Positions 1-8,551 are shown, counted from the first letter of the stretch. The stretch: 42,287 nucleotides of DNA from Calditrichota bacterium (GCA_024277055.1 JAJRVZ010000047.1:1-42287), one strand, 5' to 3'. Notes: generated by a model from the sequence alone, not told the origin. Numbers and translations are program-made.

Positions 1-1651
1 CCAGTTCCCGTATATTTCCCGGCCAAGAATATTTGCAGAGTTGCTGCATCACTTCATCTGAAATTGCGTTTATGGAGCGGTTGTGAATTTTGTTGAATTT
101 TTCAATAAAATGACGGCACAGGTATTCTATATCGCCGGCCCGCTCGCGCAACGCGGGTAAGTGAATATGTACGGTATTCAATCGATAGAACAGATCCGGT
201 CGAAATTTGCCTTCCTTGATCAGAGCATCCATTTTCCGGTTTGTGGCCGCCAGGATTCGAACATTCACGGAAATGGGATTTGGATTCCCCAGGCGCATTA
301 TTTCCCGTTCCTGCAATACCCGCAACAGTTTTACCTGAATGATGCCGGGTATATCGCCGACTTCGTCCAGAAACAGCGTCCCCCCGCTTGCCAGTTCGAT
401 TAAGCCCTTCTTTTTCACGGCCGCACCGGTGAACGCCCCCTTTTCGTAACCGAACAATTCTCCTTCGAGAAGCGTTTCCGGAATGGCGCTGCAATTTACG
501 GCAATAAAAGGCCCTTCGGCGCGGCGTGAATGCTCATGAATCGCCCGTGCTACCAGTTCTTTACCCGTACCCGTTTCCCCGGTAATCAGAACGCTGATAT
601 CGGTCGGGGCAACTCTGCGGGTCAATTCAAATATTTTTTGCATCACCCTGTCCCGGGCAATCATACCGCTGAACCTGAAACGCTCGGCGGAATACAGCCA
701 ATGGTAAAATCCGGCGACCAGTTGTTCAATATCTTTATATCTGCTTTGCAGGTACGAGCGTCTTCTTGACAAATTCAATTTGATGATACTGTTGATACTT
801 TCAACAGACTGGAAAAAGATATTGGGAAATTTGGCTGACGCGTATTGCGCTTTTACGTTTTCAGTCTGGAAAACAAGGTACAGGTTTTCTCTGTAATTTT
901 TCGCAACCTGCACAATATTCTGAATAATTCCATCATCATCATTTTGTGTGTTTATGATAAGCGCCGGCCTGGAAAGAATGTTTTCCAGTTGTGACAATTC
1001 GACAGGAATCAGACTATGTTTTACGGCAATATCATAGGCCTGTGAAAACTTGGAACTCAGCAATTGTGCCGGCTGATGTATTATTGATTTAAAATAACCG
1101 GCGAAACTTAAAACGGTATTTTTATCATGACCGATCAGAATCAGCTGGTGTCCGCTGATATCATCAACTATTTTGCAGGCAATATCCTTTATGGCATCGC
1201 CGGCATTTATGCCGTATTTTTTCATTTCATCACTCTGCAGAACCTGTTCCGTAAAATCGATCGCCAGGCGGTAGAGCTGGGTAAGAACCGGCCCGGAAAG
1301 TTCGAGATCGAGTGAGAGATTAAACGCTTCCTTGTACTGTGTAAGTTTTGCGGGGTCTGCCGCGACAGGATCATGAACTCCCATCATGATTTCAAAAAAG
1401 CGTTTTGCGGCTTCCTGCTGGTGTAATACTGTCGGGTTGGTTACCGAACGATTGAAAACTTCCGCACAGACTGACCGGAGAAAAGGAACCGTTTCGGTTC
1501 CGAAAATAAATATATCATATCTGCCGTTTGAGTTCAGTACAAGACATTCTTCGACACAATGTTCTTCCATTACCGGTTGGATTTTTTCCAGTATATCCGC
1601 TCCGACAGGATTTTTATTACTGTCCGCTATTTCAAAATGTGATAAATACAT
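1..1651 (-). CDS. Sigma54-dependent enhancer-binding protein with an N-terminal degenerate glutamyl-tRNA reductase (HemA)-like domain; 3' end runs off the window
   Basis: Hand translation from ATG 1651 gives 550 sense codons with no stop. Residues ~327-550 carry Walker A GETGTGKE, AVNCSAI, ELFGYEKGAFTGA, Walker B LFLDEV, LLRVLQE, RILAATN, FRPDLFYRL and YSWPGNIREL. Residues 1-321 follow HemA motif order: EECLVLNSNGRYDIF, EAAKRFFEIMMGVHDPVAADPAKLTQYKEAF, SGPVLTQLYRLA, IACKIVDDISGHQLILIG, FPNIFFQSVESINSIIKLNLSRR, LVAGFYHWLYS. The HTH would lie beyond the window. Confidence 0.9.
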   Translation of the reverse strand, partial: MYLSHFEIADSNKNPVGADILEKIQPVMEEHCVEECLVLNSNGRYDIFIFGTETVPFLRSVCAEVFNRSVTNPTVLHQQEAAKRFFEIMMGVHDPVAADPAKLTQYKEAFNLSLDLELSGPVLTQLYRLAIDFTEQVLQSDEMKKYGINAGDAIKDIACKIVDDISGHQLILIGHDKNTVLSFAGYFKSIIHQPAQLLSSKFSQAYDIAVKHSLIPVELSQLENILSRPALIINTQNDDDGIIQNIVQVAKNYRENLYLVFQTENVKAQYASAKFPNIFFQSVESINSIIKLNLSRRRSYLQSRYKDIEQLVAGFYHWLYSAERFRFSGMIARDRVMQKIFELTRRVAPTDISVLITGETGTGKELVARAIHEHSRRAEGPFIAVNCSAIPETLLEGELFGYEKGAFTGAAVKKKGLIELASGGTLFLDEVGDIPGIIQVKLLRVLQEREIMRLGNPNPISVNVRILAATNRKMDALIKEGKFRPDLFYRLNTVHIHLPALRERAGDIEYLCRHFIEKFNKIHNRSINAISDEVMQQLCKYSWPGNIREL

Positions 1652-1654
1652 GGT

Positions 1655-2470
1655 TTAATGAAATGAATGTAATTTCGAAAAATAATTGTTAATTACCAGC
1701 ATGGAAAAAATAATCCAGCTGTAGCCGATGATAGAAAAATAGGCCAAACGGTTTCCGGGCCAGTTCAGTTTCTTTTTCCCCAGAAGTGCAAGACCGAAAA
1801 TGAGCCAGGAAATCAGCACGGCGATTAATTTGGGGTCCCAGGACCAATAGGTGCCCCAGGCCGTTTTTCCTGTAATCGCTCCAAGCACAATTCCAAAACT
1901 GTTGAACACAAATCCAAGCGCCAGGCTCAGATGGATTTTTTTTTCAAGAAATGATAGAGAAGGAAGCCGCTCATAAAAATATCCCAGATGCGTGCTTTTT
2001 ATTTCATGAAAAAGAAGCACATACATTAACCCGGATAAAAATGAAAGTGAAAAGGCTGCATACGCCAGCAGATTGAAAATTACATGTACTTCAAAATACA
2101 GGTTTTTTAAAATTTCCGGTGTTGGTGCGGAAACTTCAATAAACAGCATTGCGATTGAATGCAGAATAAAAATAATGCCGGCATGAAAAACGCCCAGAGC
2201 ATAGGACCGTTCTTTAACTATCACTATCCTGTTTAAAACAGCAAAAAACCAGATAAATGTTGTAATTGCCTGAAATGGATCATTCAGCGGTAAATGGCCC
2301 TTTTCCACGCTGAGCATTACCAGAAAAACCGTATGCAAAATTAACCCGAAGACGAAACTTAATCTGGCCGGCCGTAATTCCTTTTCATTTTGAGACTTGA
2401 AATACTTAAAATAAAAATATGCTGAAATAGCATAGGAAACGGGACCGAGAACTCTTAAGAAAACTATCAT
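1655..2470 (-). CDS. CcsA/HemX-family (cytochrome c assembly, heme-handling) membrane protein
   Basis: 271 aa with about 8 hydrophobic segments. Has the Trp-rich WWD motif WGTYWSWDPK, His residues in GLILHT, FEVHV and the C-terminal LHSF, and the RLPSLSFLEK loop. Upstream of a HemA-like gene; no CcsB/ResB partner in the window. Confidence 0.88.
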   Translation of the reverse strand: MIVFLRVLGPVSYAISAYFYFKYFKSQNEKELRPARLSFVFGLILHTVFLVMLSVEKGHLPLNDPFQAITTFIWFFAVLNRIVIVKERSYALGVFHAGIIFILHSIAMLFIEVSAPTPEILKNLYFEVHVIFNLLAYAAFSLSFLSGLMYVLLFHEIKSTHLGYFYERLPSLSFLEKKIHLSLALGFVFNSFGIVLGAITGKTAWGTYWSWDPKLIAVLISWLIFGLALLGKKKLNWPGNRLAYFSIIGYSWIIFSMLVINNYFSKLHSFH

Positions 2471-2476
2471 TTTAAA

Positions 2477-2518
2477 TGTTTCAGTTTGGAATCATACATT
2501 TTGTTTCAAAATTAAACA
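2477..2518. promoter_or_regulatory. Pair of palindromic operator-like sites (TGTTTCA-N3-TGAAACA) between the putative promoter and the ccsA/hemX-like start codon
   Basis: 2477-2493 is TGTTTCA-GTT-TGGAATC (11/14 consensus positions) and 2502-2518 is TGTTTCA-AAA-TTAAACA (13/14). The same motif recurs at 2778-2814. Confidence 0.6.
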
Positions 2519-2548
2519 AGTATAATACAAAAAAGCCATGTAATGCAA
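2519..2548 (-). promoter_or_regulatory. Putative sigma70-type promoter for the ccsA/hemX-like and bEBP genes
   Basis: Minus strand reads TTGCAT (2548-2543), 18-nt spacer, TATACT (2524-2519). It lies just downstream of the terminator at 2566-2592, so the two genes probably need a promoter here. Confidence 0.4.
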
Positions 2549-2565
2549 GATAAAAAACTATCTAC

Positions 2566-2592
2566 AAAAACCCCCGGTATGTAAACCGGGGG
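2566..2592 (-). terminator. Rho-independent terminator
   Basis: Minus strand reads CCCCCGGT-TTACAT-ACCGGGGG followed by TTTTTG: an 8-bp GC-rich stem plus U-tract. Confidence 0.8.
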
Positions 2593-2655
2593 CTGATCAG
2601 CAAACAACAGGTATTGTTGTTTAGGGAGGAACTGTTGTGGGATAACATTAATAGG
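2566..2655 (-). ncRNA. Candidate sigma54-dependent small RNA (~90 nt) or terminated leader RNA
   Basis: Bounded by a -24/-12-like element (predicted +1 near 2655) and the terminator. Contains the C-rich stretch UUCCUCCCU, a perfect 8-bp hairpin AAACAACA-AUACC-UGUUGUUU (2602-2622) and the terminator hairpin. No RNA family recognised. Confidence 0.5.
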
Positions 2656-2665
2656 GATTTAATAC

Positions 2666-2681
2666 TACAAAATGAATGCCA
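2666..2681 (-). promoter_or_regulatory. Sigma54 (-24/-12)-like promoter
   Basis: Minus strand TGGCATTCATTTTGTA versus consensus TGGCACNNNNNTTGCW. Spacing is exact and the -24 GG is intact, but the -12 element is GT instead of GC. Adjacent to a sigma54 activator gene. Confidence 0.55.
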
Positions 2682-2777
2682 AAAATATATGTGCTTATGC
2701 GTATTGTACAAACTGTTAATTTTTAAGGGATTATCAATCAATACCACTTTTGAGGTTTCGCAGATTACCGGGTTCTT

Positions 2778-2814
2778 GATTTCAATCTGAAACACCGGGT
2801 TTATATTTGAAACA
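2778..2814. promoter_or_regulatory. Tandem palindromic upstream activator sequence candidates
   Basis: 2778-2794 is GATTTCA-ATC-TGAAACA and 2798-2814 is GGTTTAT-ATT-TGAAACA, repeated at 20 bp. They sit about 120-160 bp upstream of the predicted sigma54 start site. Confidence 0.6.
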
Positions 2815-2835
2815 AGAATACGGAGAATGATTTGT

Positions 2836-4290
2836 TCAGGGGGATAATAATCTCAGCAAAATGGAATTAACAATTTTAGGATTGGCCTTTCCTGCGGATT
2901 TACGCATTACCTGTCCCACGAAAAAACCTATTAACCCGGTTTTTCCGTTTTTGTATGCGTTCACTTCATCGGGATACTCAGCCAGTACTTCTTTTACCAT
3001 GGATTCTATGGCGGAGTCGTCCGAAACCTGAATAAGCCCCATTTCCTTCACGATTACATCTGCCGACTTATCGGAAGTCAGCAAAACATCAAACACCTTT
3101 TTTGCGGCACTGCTGCTTATTTTTCCTTCACGGATCAGTTTCAACAATTCCGCAAATCGTATTTCGGAAATGGGAAATTCTTTAATTTCAATTTTCTTAT
3201 CGTTCAATACCCGCAGTACATCACCGAGAACCCAGTTGCTCACCAGTTTTGCGTCATTGATAATTTTTACGGTTTGTTCATAATAATCCGCCAGTTCTCT
3301 TGAGGAAGTGAGAATTTCCGCATCATATTCCGGTAAACCGTATTGATCCATAAACCGTTGACGACGGACTGCCGGCAATTCCGGTAGCATCTTTTTCAAT
3401 TGCCGTACATAATCCTCTGCAATCTCCAGACGAACGAGATCGGGATCGGGAAAATAGCGATAATCGTGAGCCTCTTCTTTCACCCGCATAATCTGTGCAG
3501 TACCGGATGACGGATCCCACAAAAGTGTGGCCTGTTCAACCGTCCGACCGGATTCCAGCAGTGAAACCTGACGCTGGATTTCGTAGGTCAGTGCATTTTC
3601 TACATTGCGCAGAGAATTCATATTTTTAAGCTCTGTTTTCGTCCCCAGTTCCGTTTCGCCCTTTCTTCGCACCGAAACATTTGCATCGCAGCGCAGGCTG
3701 CCCTGTTCCATGTTTCCATCACATATCCGGAGGTAACGAACCAGTTGGCGGATTAAAGACAAATAGGCGTGGGCCTGTTGCGGCGTTCGCAAATCCGGCT
3801 CCGTGACGATTTCAATTAACGGCGTACCGCAACGATTTAAGTCCACCAGCGAACTTCCCGCGTCTACAAAATCTTCATCGTGCACACTCTTTCCGGCATC
3901 TTCTTCAAGGTGGATGCGATTAATGCGGATAGTGTGCTTTTCACCATCTGTTTCAACCTCAACCCGGCCGTTTTTACAGATGGGATGTTCAAATTGAGAT
4001 ATTTGGTAGCCTTTGGGCAAATCCGGATAGAAATAATTTTTCCTGGCAAAAACATTATGTTCGGATATGGTGCAATTGGTGGCAAGACCCATTTTTATTG
4101 CGAATTCCACCGCCTTTTCATTTAAAACCGGGAGAACGCCGGGCATTCCCAGGCAAACGGGACAGGTCTGTGAATTCGGTTCCGCGCCGAATCGTGCGCT
4201 GCAGCCGCAAAATATCTTGGTAATGGTGCTGAGCTGGGCATGAACTTCGAGCCCGATCACCGCTTCATATTTATCTTCTGAAATAGTCAT
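2836..4290 (-). CDS. gatB: Asp-tRNA(Asn)/Glu-tRNA(Gln) amidotransferase subunit B
   Basis: [54 protein letters not shown] and C-terminal [13 protein letters not shown]. Confidence 0.98.
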   Translation of the reverse strand: MTISEDKYEAVIGLEVHAQLSTITKIFCGCSARFGAEPNSQTCPVCLGMPGVLPVLNEKAVEFAIKMGLATNCTISEHNVFARKNYFYPDLPKGYQISQFEHPICKNGRVEVETDGEKHTIRINRIHLEEDAGKSVHDEDFVDAGSSLVDLNRCGTPLIEIVTEPDLRTPQQAHAYLSLIRQLVRYLRICDGNMEQGSLRCDANVSVRRKGETELGTKTELKNMNSLRNVENALTYEIQRQVSLLESGRTVEQATLLWDPSSGTAQIMRVKEEAHDYRYFPDPDLVRLEIAEDYVRQLKKMLPELPAVRRQRFMDQYGLPEYDAEILTSSRELADYYEQTVKIINDAKLVSNWVLGDVLRVLNDKKIEIKEFPISEIRFAELLKLIREGKISSSAAKKVFDVLLTSDKSADVIVKEMGLIQVSDDSAIESMVKEVLAEYPDEVNAYKNGKTGLIGFFVGQVMRKSAGKANPKIVNSILLRLLSP

Positions 4291-4293
4291 TGA

Positions 4294-5715
4294 TCACTTA
4301 AAATTTTTCTCTACAAAATCCGCTACCCGAAACAATTTTCCTTCCTCAAACGCATTCGCCATGAATTGCACACCGATGGGCAGACCGGAGGCATCCATAC
4401 CAACAGGAACATTTATTCCGCAGATGCCGGCGAGGTTGGCGGAAACCGTAAATATATCGGAAAGGTACATTTCGAGGGGATCACTGATTTTTTCCCCCAT
4501 GGCAAATGCCGTAGCCGGTGTAGTCGGGGTTAGAATCGTATCAACTTTTCCGAAAGCTTCATCGAATTCTTTTTTGATCAAATGCCTTACCTGCAGGGCT
4601 TTTTTATAATAGGCATCGTAATATCCCGAGGAGAGCACATAGGTTCCGAGCATGATACGGCGACGGACTTCTTCTCCGAAACCGTTTTGCCGGGTACTCC
4701 GGTACATTCCGGCCAGCGTTTCCTGCCGATCATCCCGGTAACCGTACCGTACGCCGTCAAATCGGGCCAGGTTGGAACTGGCCTCGGCCGTTGCGATGAT
4801 ATAGTAAGCGGCGATGCCGAATTCAAGTGTTTTTTCCAGTGAAATTTCAACGATTTCCGCCCCGCTTGCTTGCAGGTAATCGGTAAGTTTTTGCAGTCGG
4901 TCGCCGATCTCTGGCTGGATACCTTTTTCGAGCACCGCCCTGTTTACACCGATGCGTATTCCCCTGATATCACGATTGATGAACGAATGAAAATCCGGAA
5001 CAGGTTCACGACTCGATGTGGAATCCCTTTCATCATGGCCGGAAATTACCCCCAGGATTAACGCTGCATCATCCACGGTTCCGGTCAGTGGGCCGATCTG
5101 GTCCAGTGAAGAGGCAAAAGCGACCAGTCCGAAACGTGAAACCCGGCCGTACGTCGGCTTCAAACCGACGACACCGCTGAATGCAGCCGGTTGTCGAATC
5201 GAACCGCCCGTATCACTTCCCAGTGCGGCCTGTGCCATACCCGCCGCCACTGCAACAGCCGAACCGCCGCTCGACCCGCCCGGTACCCTGGATTCATCAA
5301 CAGAGTTTTTAACATTGCCGAAATATGAGTTTTCATTGGAAGAACCCATGGCAAATTCGTCCATATTGGTTTTACCGATAAAAACCGCTCCGGCATCCGT
5401 CAACTTTCTAATAACAGTGGCATCAAACGGTGAATTAAAGTTTTCGAGGATTCTTGAAGCGCACGATGTTCTGACACCGGCAATATTGATATTGTCCTTA
5501 ATGGCGAATATGGTGCCGGCGAGCGGCCCCGGGTCGGCTCCTCTGGAAATCTCTTCGTCAATCCAGCCTGCTCGTTGCATCGCCCGTTCATTCAGTAAAG
5601 TAATGAAAGCGTTGAGATGTGAATATTCATCACATTTTTTCTGAAAGGATTGAAGGGATTCCGCGGCCGAAAGCTTACCCCTTTTAATTTCCCGAACGTA
5701 TTCACGAAGAGTCAT
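4294..5715 (-). CDS. gatA: Asp-tRNA(Asn)/Glu-tRNA(Gln) amidotransferase subunit A
   Basis: Amidase signature: [73 protein letters not shown]. Confidence 0.98.
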   Translation of the reverse strand: MTLREYVREIKRGKLSAAESLQSFQKKCDEYSHLNAFITLLNERAMQRAGWIDEEISRGADPGPLAGTIFAIKDNINIAGVRTSCASRILENFNSPFDATVIRKLTDAGAVFIGKTNMDEFAMGSSNENSYFGNVKNSVDESRVPGGSSGGSAVAVAAGMAQAALGSDTGGSIRQPAAFSGVVGLKPTYGRVSRFGLVAFASSLDQIGPLTGTVDDAALILGVISGHDERDSTSSREPVPDFHSFINRDIRGIRIGVNRAVLEKGIQPEIGDRLQKLTDYLQASGAEIVEISLEKTLEFGIAAYYIIATAEASSNLARFDGVRYGYRDDRQETLAGMYRSTRQNGFGEEVRRRIMLGTYVLSSGYYDAYYKKALQVRHLIKKEFDEAFGKVDTILTPTTPATAFAMGEKISDPLEMYLSDIFTVSANLAGICGINVPVGMDASGLPIGVQFMANAFEEGKLFRVADFVEKNFK

Positions 5716-5954
5716 TCAGGCTTTTTTTCCTTCATTTCTTCACCGGATTCGGCCGATTCGTTGTTTTGCACTTTCGGTTTTGATTGATCTGTGGTATTCA
5801 CGTTGAATTCATCCTGTATTTCACTGGTTGCCTTTTTGAATTCACGAATACCTTTTCCCAATCCCTGGGCCAGTTCAGGCAGTTTTTTGGCACCAAAGAT
5901 CAGCAGGATAATGAACATAATGATGATCAATTCGGTTGGGCCGATACCAAACAT
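5712..5954 (-). CDS. tatA: Twin-arginine translocase subunit TatA/E
   Basis: [38 protein letters not shown]. Overlaps the gatA start by 4 nt. Confidence 0.95.
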   Translation of the reverse strand: MFGIGPTELIIIMFIILLIFGAKKLPELAQGLGKGIREFKKATSEIQDEFNVNTTDQSKPKVQNNESAESGEEMKEKKPE

Positions 5955-5972
5955 AGTATACCACCTTTCAAT

Positions 5973-6236
5973 TTAATCTATCCACCGTAGAGCATATGCG
6001 GCAATCAGAATGCCGATTATGCCTGTAATATTCAGTTTTATCGAAAATCCCAACGTAAGCGTCAGGATGATAATATTCAATGTACCCGGTCCGATACTGG
6101 CGGTAGCGGATTTCAAAAAGAAATCCTTGACCACGCCCGCCGGAACCAGGAAAGCAATAACTTCACCAAGGGCGCTTCCTATCATGGCCCCGACAAATAT
6201 TATAAATATAATGAATCCGAGACTTTTTCTGCGCAT
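5973..6236 (-). CDS. Small membrane protein, DUF4321-like
   Basis: 87 aa, hydrophobic. Pattern GAMIGSALGEVI...TLNIIILTLTLGFSIKLNITGIIG; tightly packed in the operon. Confidence 0.75.
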   Translation of the reverse strand: MRRKSLGFIIFIIFVGAMIGSALGEVIAFLVPAGVVKDFFLKSATASIGPGTLNIIILTLTLGFSIKLNITGIIGILIAAYALRWID

Positions 6237-6238
6237 AT

Positions 6239-6934
6239 TTAATTTCCTGATATACCGTTAACGAGCGATTTCAGGATTTTCAATCCATCGTCATGTTTCA
6301 GCAATGATTCCACGCGACGTTCCGGGTGGGGCATCATGCCGAGAACATTTCCCGACTTATTAATAACCCCGGCAATATTGGCAACAGACCCATTCGGATT
6401 AAACCGCCGGTCTGTTTCACCTTTTTCATTGCTGTACCGGAACAGAATCTGTGCATTTTCTTCCAGTTCCCGCAGGGTATCTTCATCACAATAATAATTG
6501 CCGTCGCCATGGGCAATCGGTATACTGAGCACTTCCCTTTCACGGCAAAGACCGGTGAAAACAGACCGATTGTTTTCAACCCGTAAATATACATCTCTGC
6601 ATACAAATTTGCGATGCACGTTTTTATGCAAGGCACCGGGCAACAGATGAGACTCCGTCAGAATCTGAAAACCGTTACAGATGCCGACGACATATCCGCC
6701 TTTTTCAGCATGTTTCACCACCTCTTTCATGACGGGTGAGAAACGGGCGATTGCTCCGCTGCGCAGGTAATCCCCGTACGAAAATCCGCCCGGAAGCACA
6801 ACAAGGTCATAACTGCTGAGATTGCTTTCTTTATGCCAGATAAAATCGGTTTGTGCACCCAAGACCTTTTTGAAAGCATAATAAATATCATGATCACAAT
6901 TGGACCCGGGAAATATTATCACTGCTGTTTTCAT
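6239..6934 (-). CDS. purQ: Phosphoribosylformylglycinamidine synthase subunit PurQ
   Basis: [51 protein letters not shown]. Start moved to ATG 6934, 1 nt after the purS stop. Confidence 0.97.
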   Translation of the reverse strand: MKTAVIIFPGSNCDHDIYYAFKKVLGAQTDFIWHKESNLSSYDLVVLPGGFSYGDYLRSGAIARFSPVMKEVVKHAEKGGYVVGICNGFQILTESHLLPGALHKNVHRKFVCRDVYLRVENNRSVFTGLCREREVLSIPIAHGDGNYYCDEDTLRELEENAQILFRYSNEKGETDRRFNPNGSVANIAGVINKSGNVLGMMPHPERRVESLLKHDDGLKILKSLVNGISGN

Positions 6935-6935
6935 A

Positions 6936-7178
6936 TTAATCCTCAATCGTGTAATCGTACACTTCCATGATCGGATTGGCCAGCAGTTTATCGCAAATCT
7001 TTCGGGTTTCCTCTTCCGCCTGTTCCCGATTATTATGATTGAACACCATTTCTACAAAACGTCCGATCCGCACTTCCTCTACGTCACCGAATTGCATGTC
7101 ACTCAATGCATGGTGAACCGCCTTGCCCTGCGGATCCAGGATATTTTTCTTCAGACGAATAATGATATTAGCTTTCAA
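6936..7178 (-). CDS. purS: Phosphoribosylformylglycinamidine synthase subunit PurS
   Basis: [27 protein letters not shown]. Likely TTG start at 7178 preceded by AGGA, giving 80 aa. Confidence 0.92.
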   Translation of the reverse strand: MKANIIIRLKKNILDPQGKAVHHALSDMQFGDVEEVRIGRFVEMVFNHNNREQAEEETRKICDKLLANPIMEVYDYTIED

Positions 7179-7905
7179 TTTTCTTTTCCTGTAAAGTGTC
7201 ATTTGTCTTGAACAGTTTGATAATCCACCCGAACAGCCCGGAAAGAACATAAATCGACATGAGAGGAAACAATATCTGTCTCGGGTAAATAACCAGCATA
7301 ATTGCTCCGACCAGCAGACAGAAAATCTTCAGTTTATCCAGCATTGATCCTTTCAGGGAAAGGTTCGGCATGGTTTCGTATCGCAATGTGCTGACCATTA
7401 AAACGGAAACAACAAAAATAAGTGCCAGCATTATTCGCGGCTCTGCATGGGGTGTACCGAAATAGTGAATCTGAAAAATCACAAAACTGGCAAGGGTAAG
7501 CGCCGCGGCCGGTATGGGCAATCCGCTGAAATAGCTTTTGTCAAATCCTTTCAGTTGTGCATTAAAACGCGCCAGGCGAATACTGCCGAACAGCAGCGGG
7601 AGAAAACTGACCATCACCCCGATCATTCCCATCGATTTAAAATACAATTCATACATCAGTGCGGAAGGTGCAAATCCGAACGAGACCACGTCTGCAAGCG
7701 AATCGTACTCCACCCCAAACTGGCTTGCGGATTTGGTGAATCTGGCCACTTTTCCGTCCATTGTATCGAGAAAAGCGGAAGCGAATATCAGCCACGCAGC
7801 TAAAGTATAGTTCGATTCGAATGCGTAAATAATGGAGAGAAATCCACAAAACATATTCCCGATGGTGAAGAAACTTGGAACAATGCTGCGGGAAACTTTT
7901 ACCAT
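7168..7905 (-). CDS. pssA: CDP-diacylglycerol--serine O-phosphatidyltransferase
   Basis: CDP-alcohol phosphotransferase motif DTMDGKVAR..SQFGVEYDSLADVVSFG, plus RLARFN and FSGLPIPAAA; adjacent to psd. Confidence 0.95.
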   Translation of the reverse strand: MVKVSRSIVPSFFTIGNMFCGFLSIIYAFESNYTLAAWLIFASAFLDTMDGKVARFTKSASQFGVEYDSLADVVSFGFAPSALMYELYFKSMGMIGVMVSFLPLLFGSIRLARFNAQLKGFDKSYFSGLPIPAAALTLASFVIFQIHYFGTPHAEPRIMLALIFVVSVLMVSTLRYETMPNLSLKGSMLDKLKIFCLLVGAIMLVIYPRQILFPLMSIYVLSGLFGWIIKLFKTNDTLQEKKIES

Positions 7906-7906
7906 A

Positions 7907-8551
7907 TTATTTGAACTCCCCGATAATGGTTTCTCCCCCGATCACCTTATCTTCCAACCCCACCTTCAGTTCCACATTTTCCGGAAAGAACATGTCCACC
8001 CTTGAACCATAACGAATAAGCCCGAATCGTTCTCCGGCCTCAACACTGTCCCCTTCCGCGGCGTGACACACGATTCGCCTCGCAATAATGCCTGCGATCT
8101 GCTTGAACAGCAGTTTCCCTTTCTCGTTGCGAACACCGATAACCGTCTGTTCGTTTTTTTCCGAAGCTTTTTCGGCAAATGCCACCAGAAATTCTCCGGG
8201 AATGTATTTAAAAAATTCCACTTTGCCGCTAACCGGCATGCGATTGACATGAACATTGAATACCGAAAGAAATATGCTCAGCCGCTTCACTTTTGATTTG
8301 AAATAATACGGCTCTTCCACCTCTTCAATGGCGATCACCGTACCGTCCGCAGGAGAAAGAATCAGATTCTCACCGACGGGAATATTGCGTTCAGGATCAC
8401 GAAAAAAGTAAAAATTGAACAGAAAAACAATTCCTATCAACACTGTAATAATTTTTAACCACAGTTGCGGATAATAAAACGTAATTACCAGGGAAATTAA
8501 AAACAGAATCGTCGTTATCCCGATAACCTTGTACCCGTCTGCTGCTATCAT
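7907..8551 (-). CDS. psd: Phosphatidylserine decarboxylase proenzyme
   Basis: FFRDPER, SPADG, IFLSVFNVHVNR, QIAGIIARRI and the self-cleavage motif RYGSRVD. Confidence 0.95.
   Translation of the reverse strand: MIAADGYKVIGITTILFLISLVITFYYPQLWLKIITVLIGIVFLFNFYFFRDPERNIPVGENLILSPADGTVIAIEEVEEPYYFKSKVKRLSIFLSVFNVHVNRMPVSGKVEFFKYIPGEFLVAFAEKASEKNEQTVIGVRNEKGKLLFKQIAGIIARRIVCHAAEGDSVEAGERFGLIRYGSRVDMFFPENVELKVGLEDKVIGGETIIGEFK

Noticed and set aside
689-1651. Functional hemA, or a hemA pseudogene
   Set aside because: The catalytic Cys and GAGEM motif are absent, so it is not an active HemA. There are no stops or frameshifts and it is in frame with an intact AAA+ domain, so it is not a decayed pseudogene.
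102-1658. Five short track ORFs (102-494, 161-403, 530-769, 1127-1315, 1386-1658)
   Set aside because: All are alternative-frame or antisense shadows of the long minus-strand activator ORF that the track omitted because it lacks a stop in the window.
2635-2790. 51-codon plus-strand TTG ORF preceded by AGGGAGGA, which would make the small RNA a cis-antisense (type I toxin-antitoxin-like) partner
   Set aside because: AT-rich with atypical codons, no clean TM helix, overlaps the sigma54 and enhancer-like sites, and has no own terminator. Not fully excluded; ribosome profiling or conservation would decide.
2562-2795. 77-aa minus-strand ORF and its internal 28-codon ATG frame (2648-2562)
   Set aside because: No RBS, low-complexity product, runs across the promoter elements, and its stop lies beyond the terminator U-tract.
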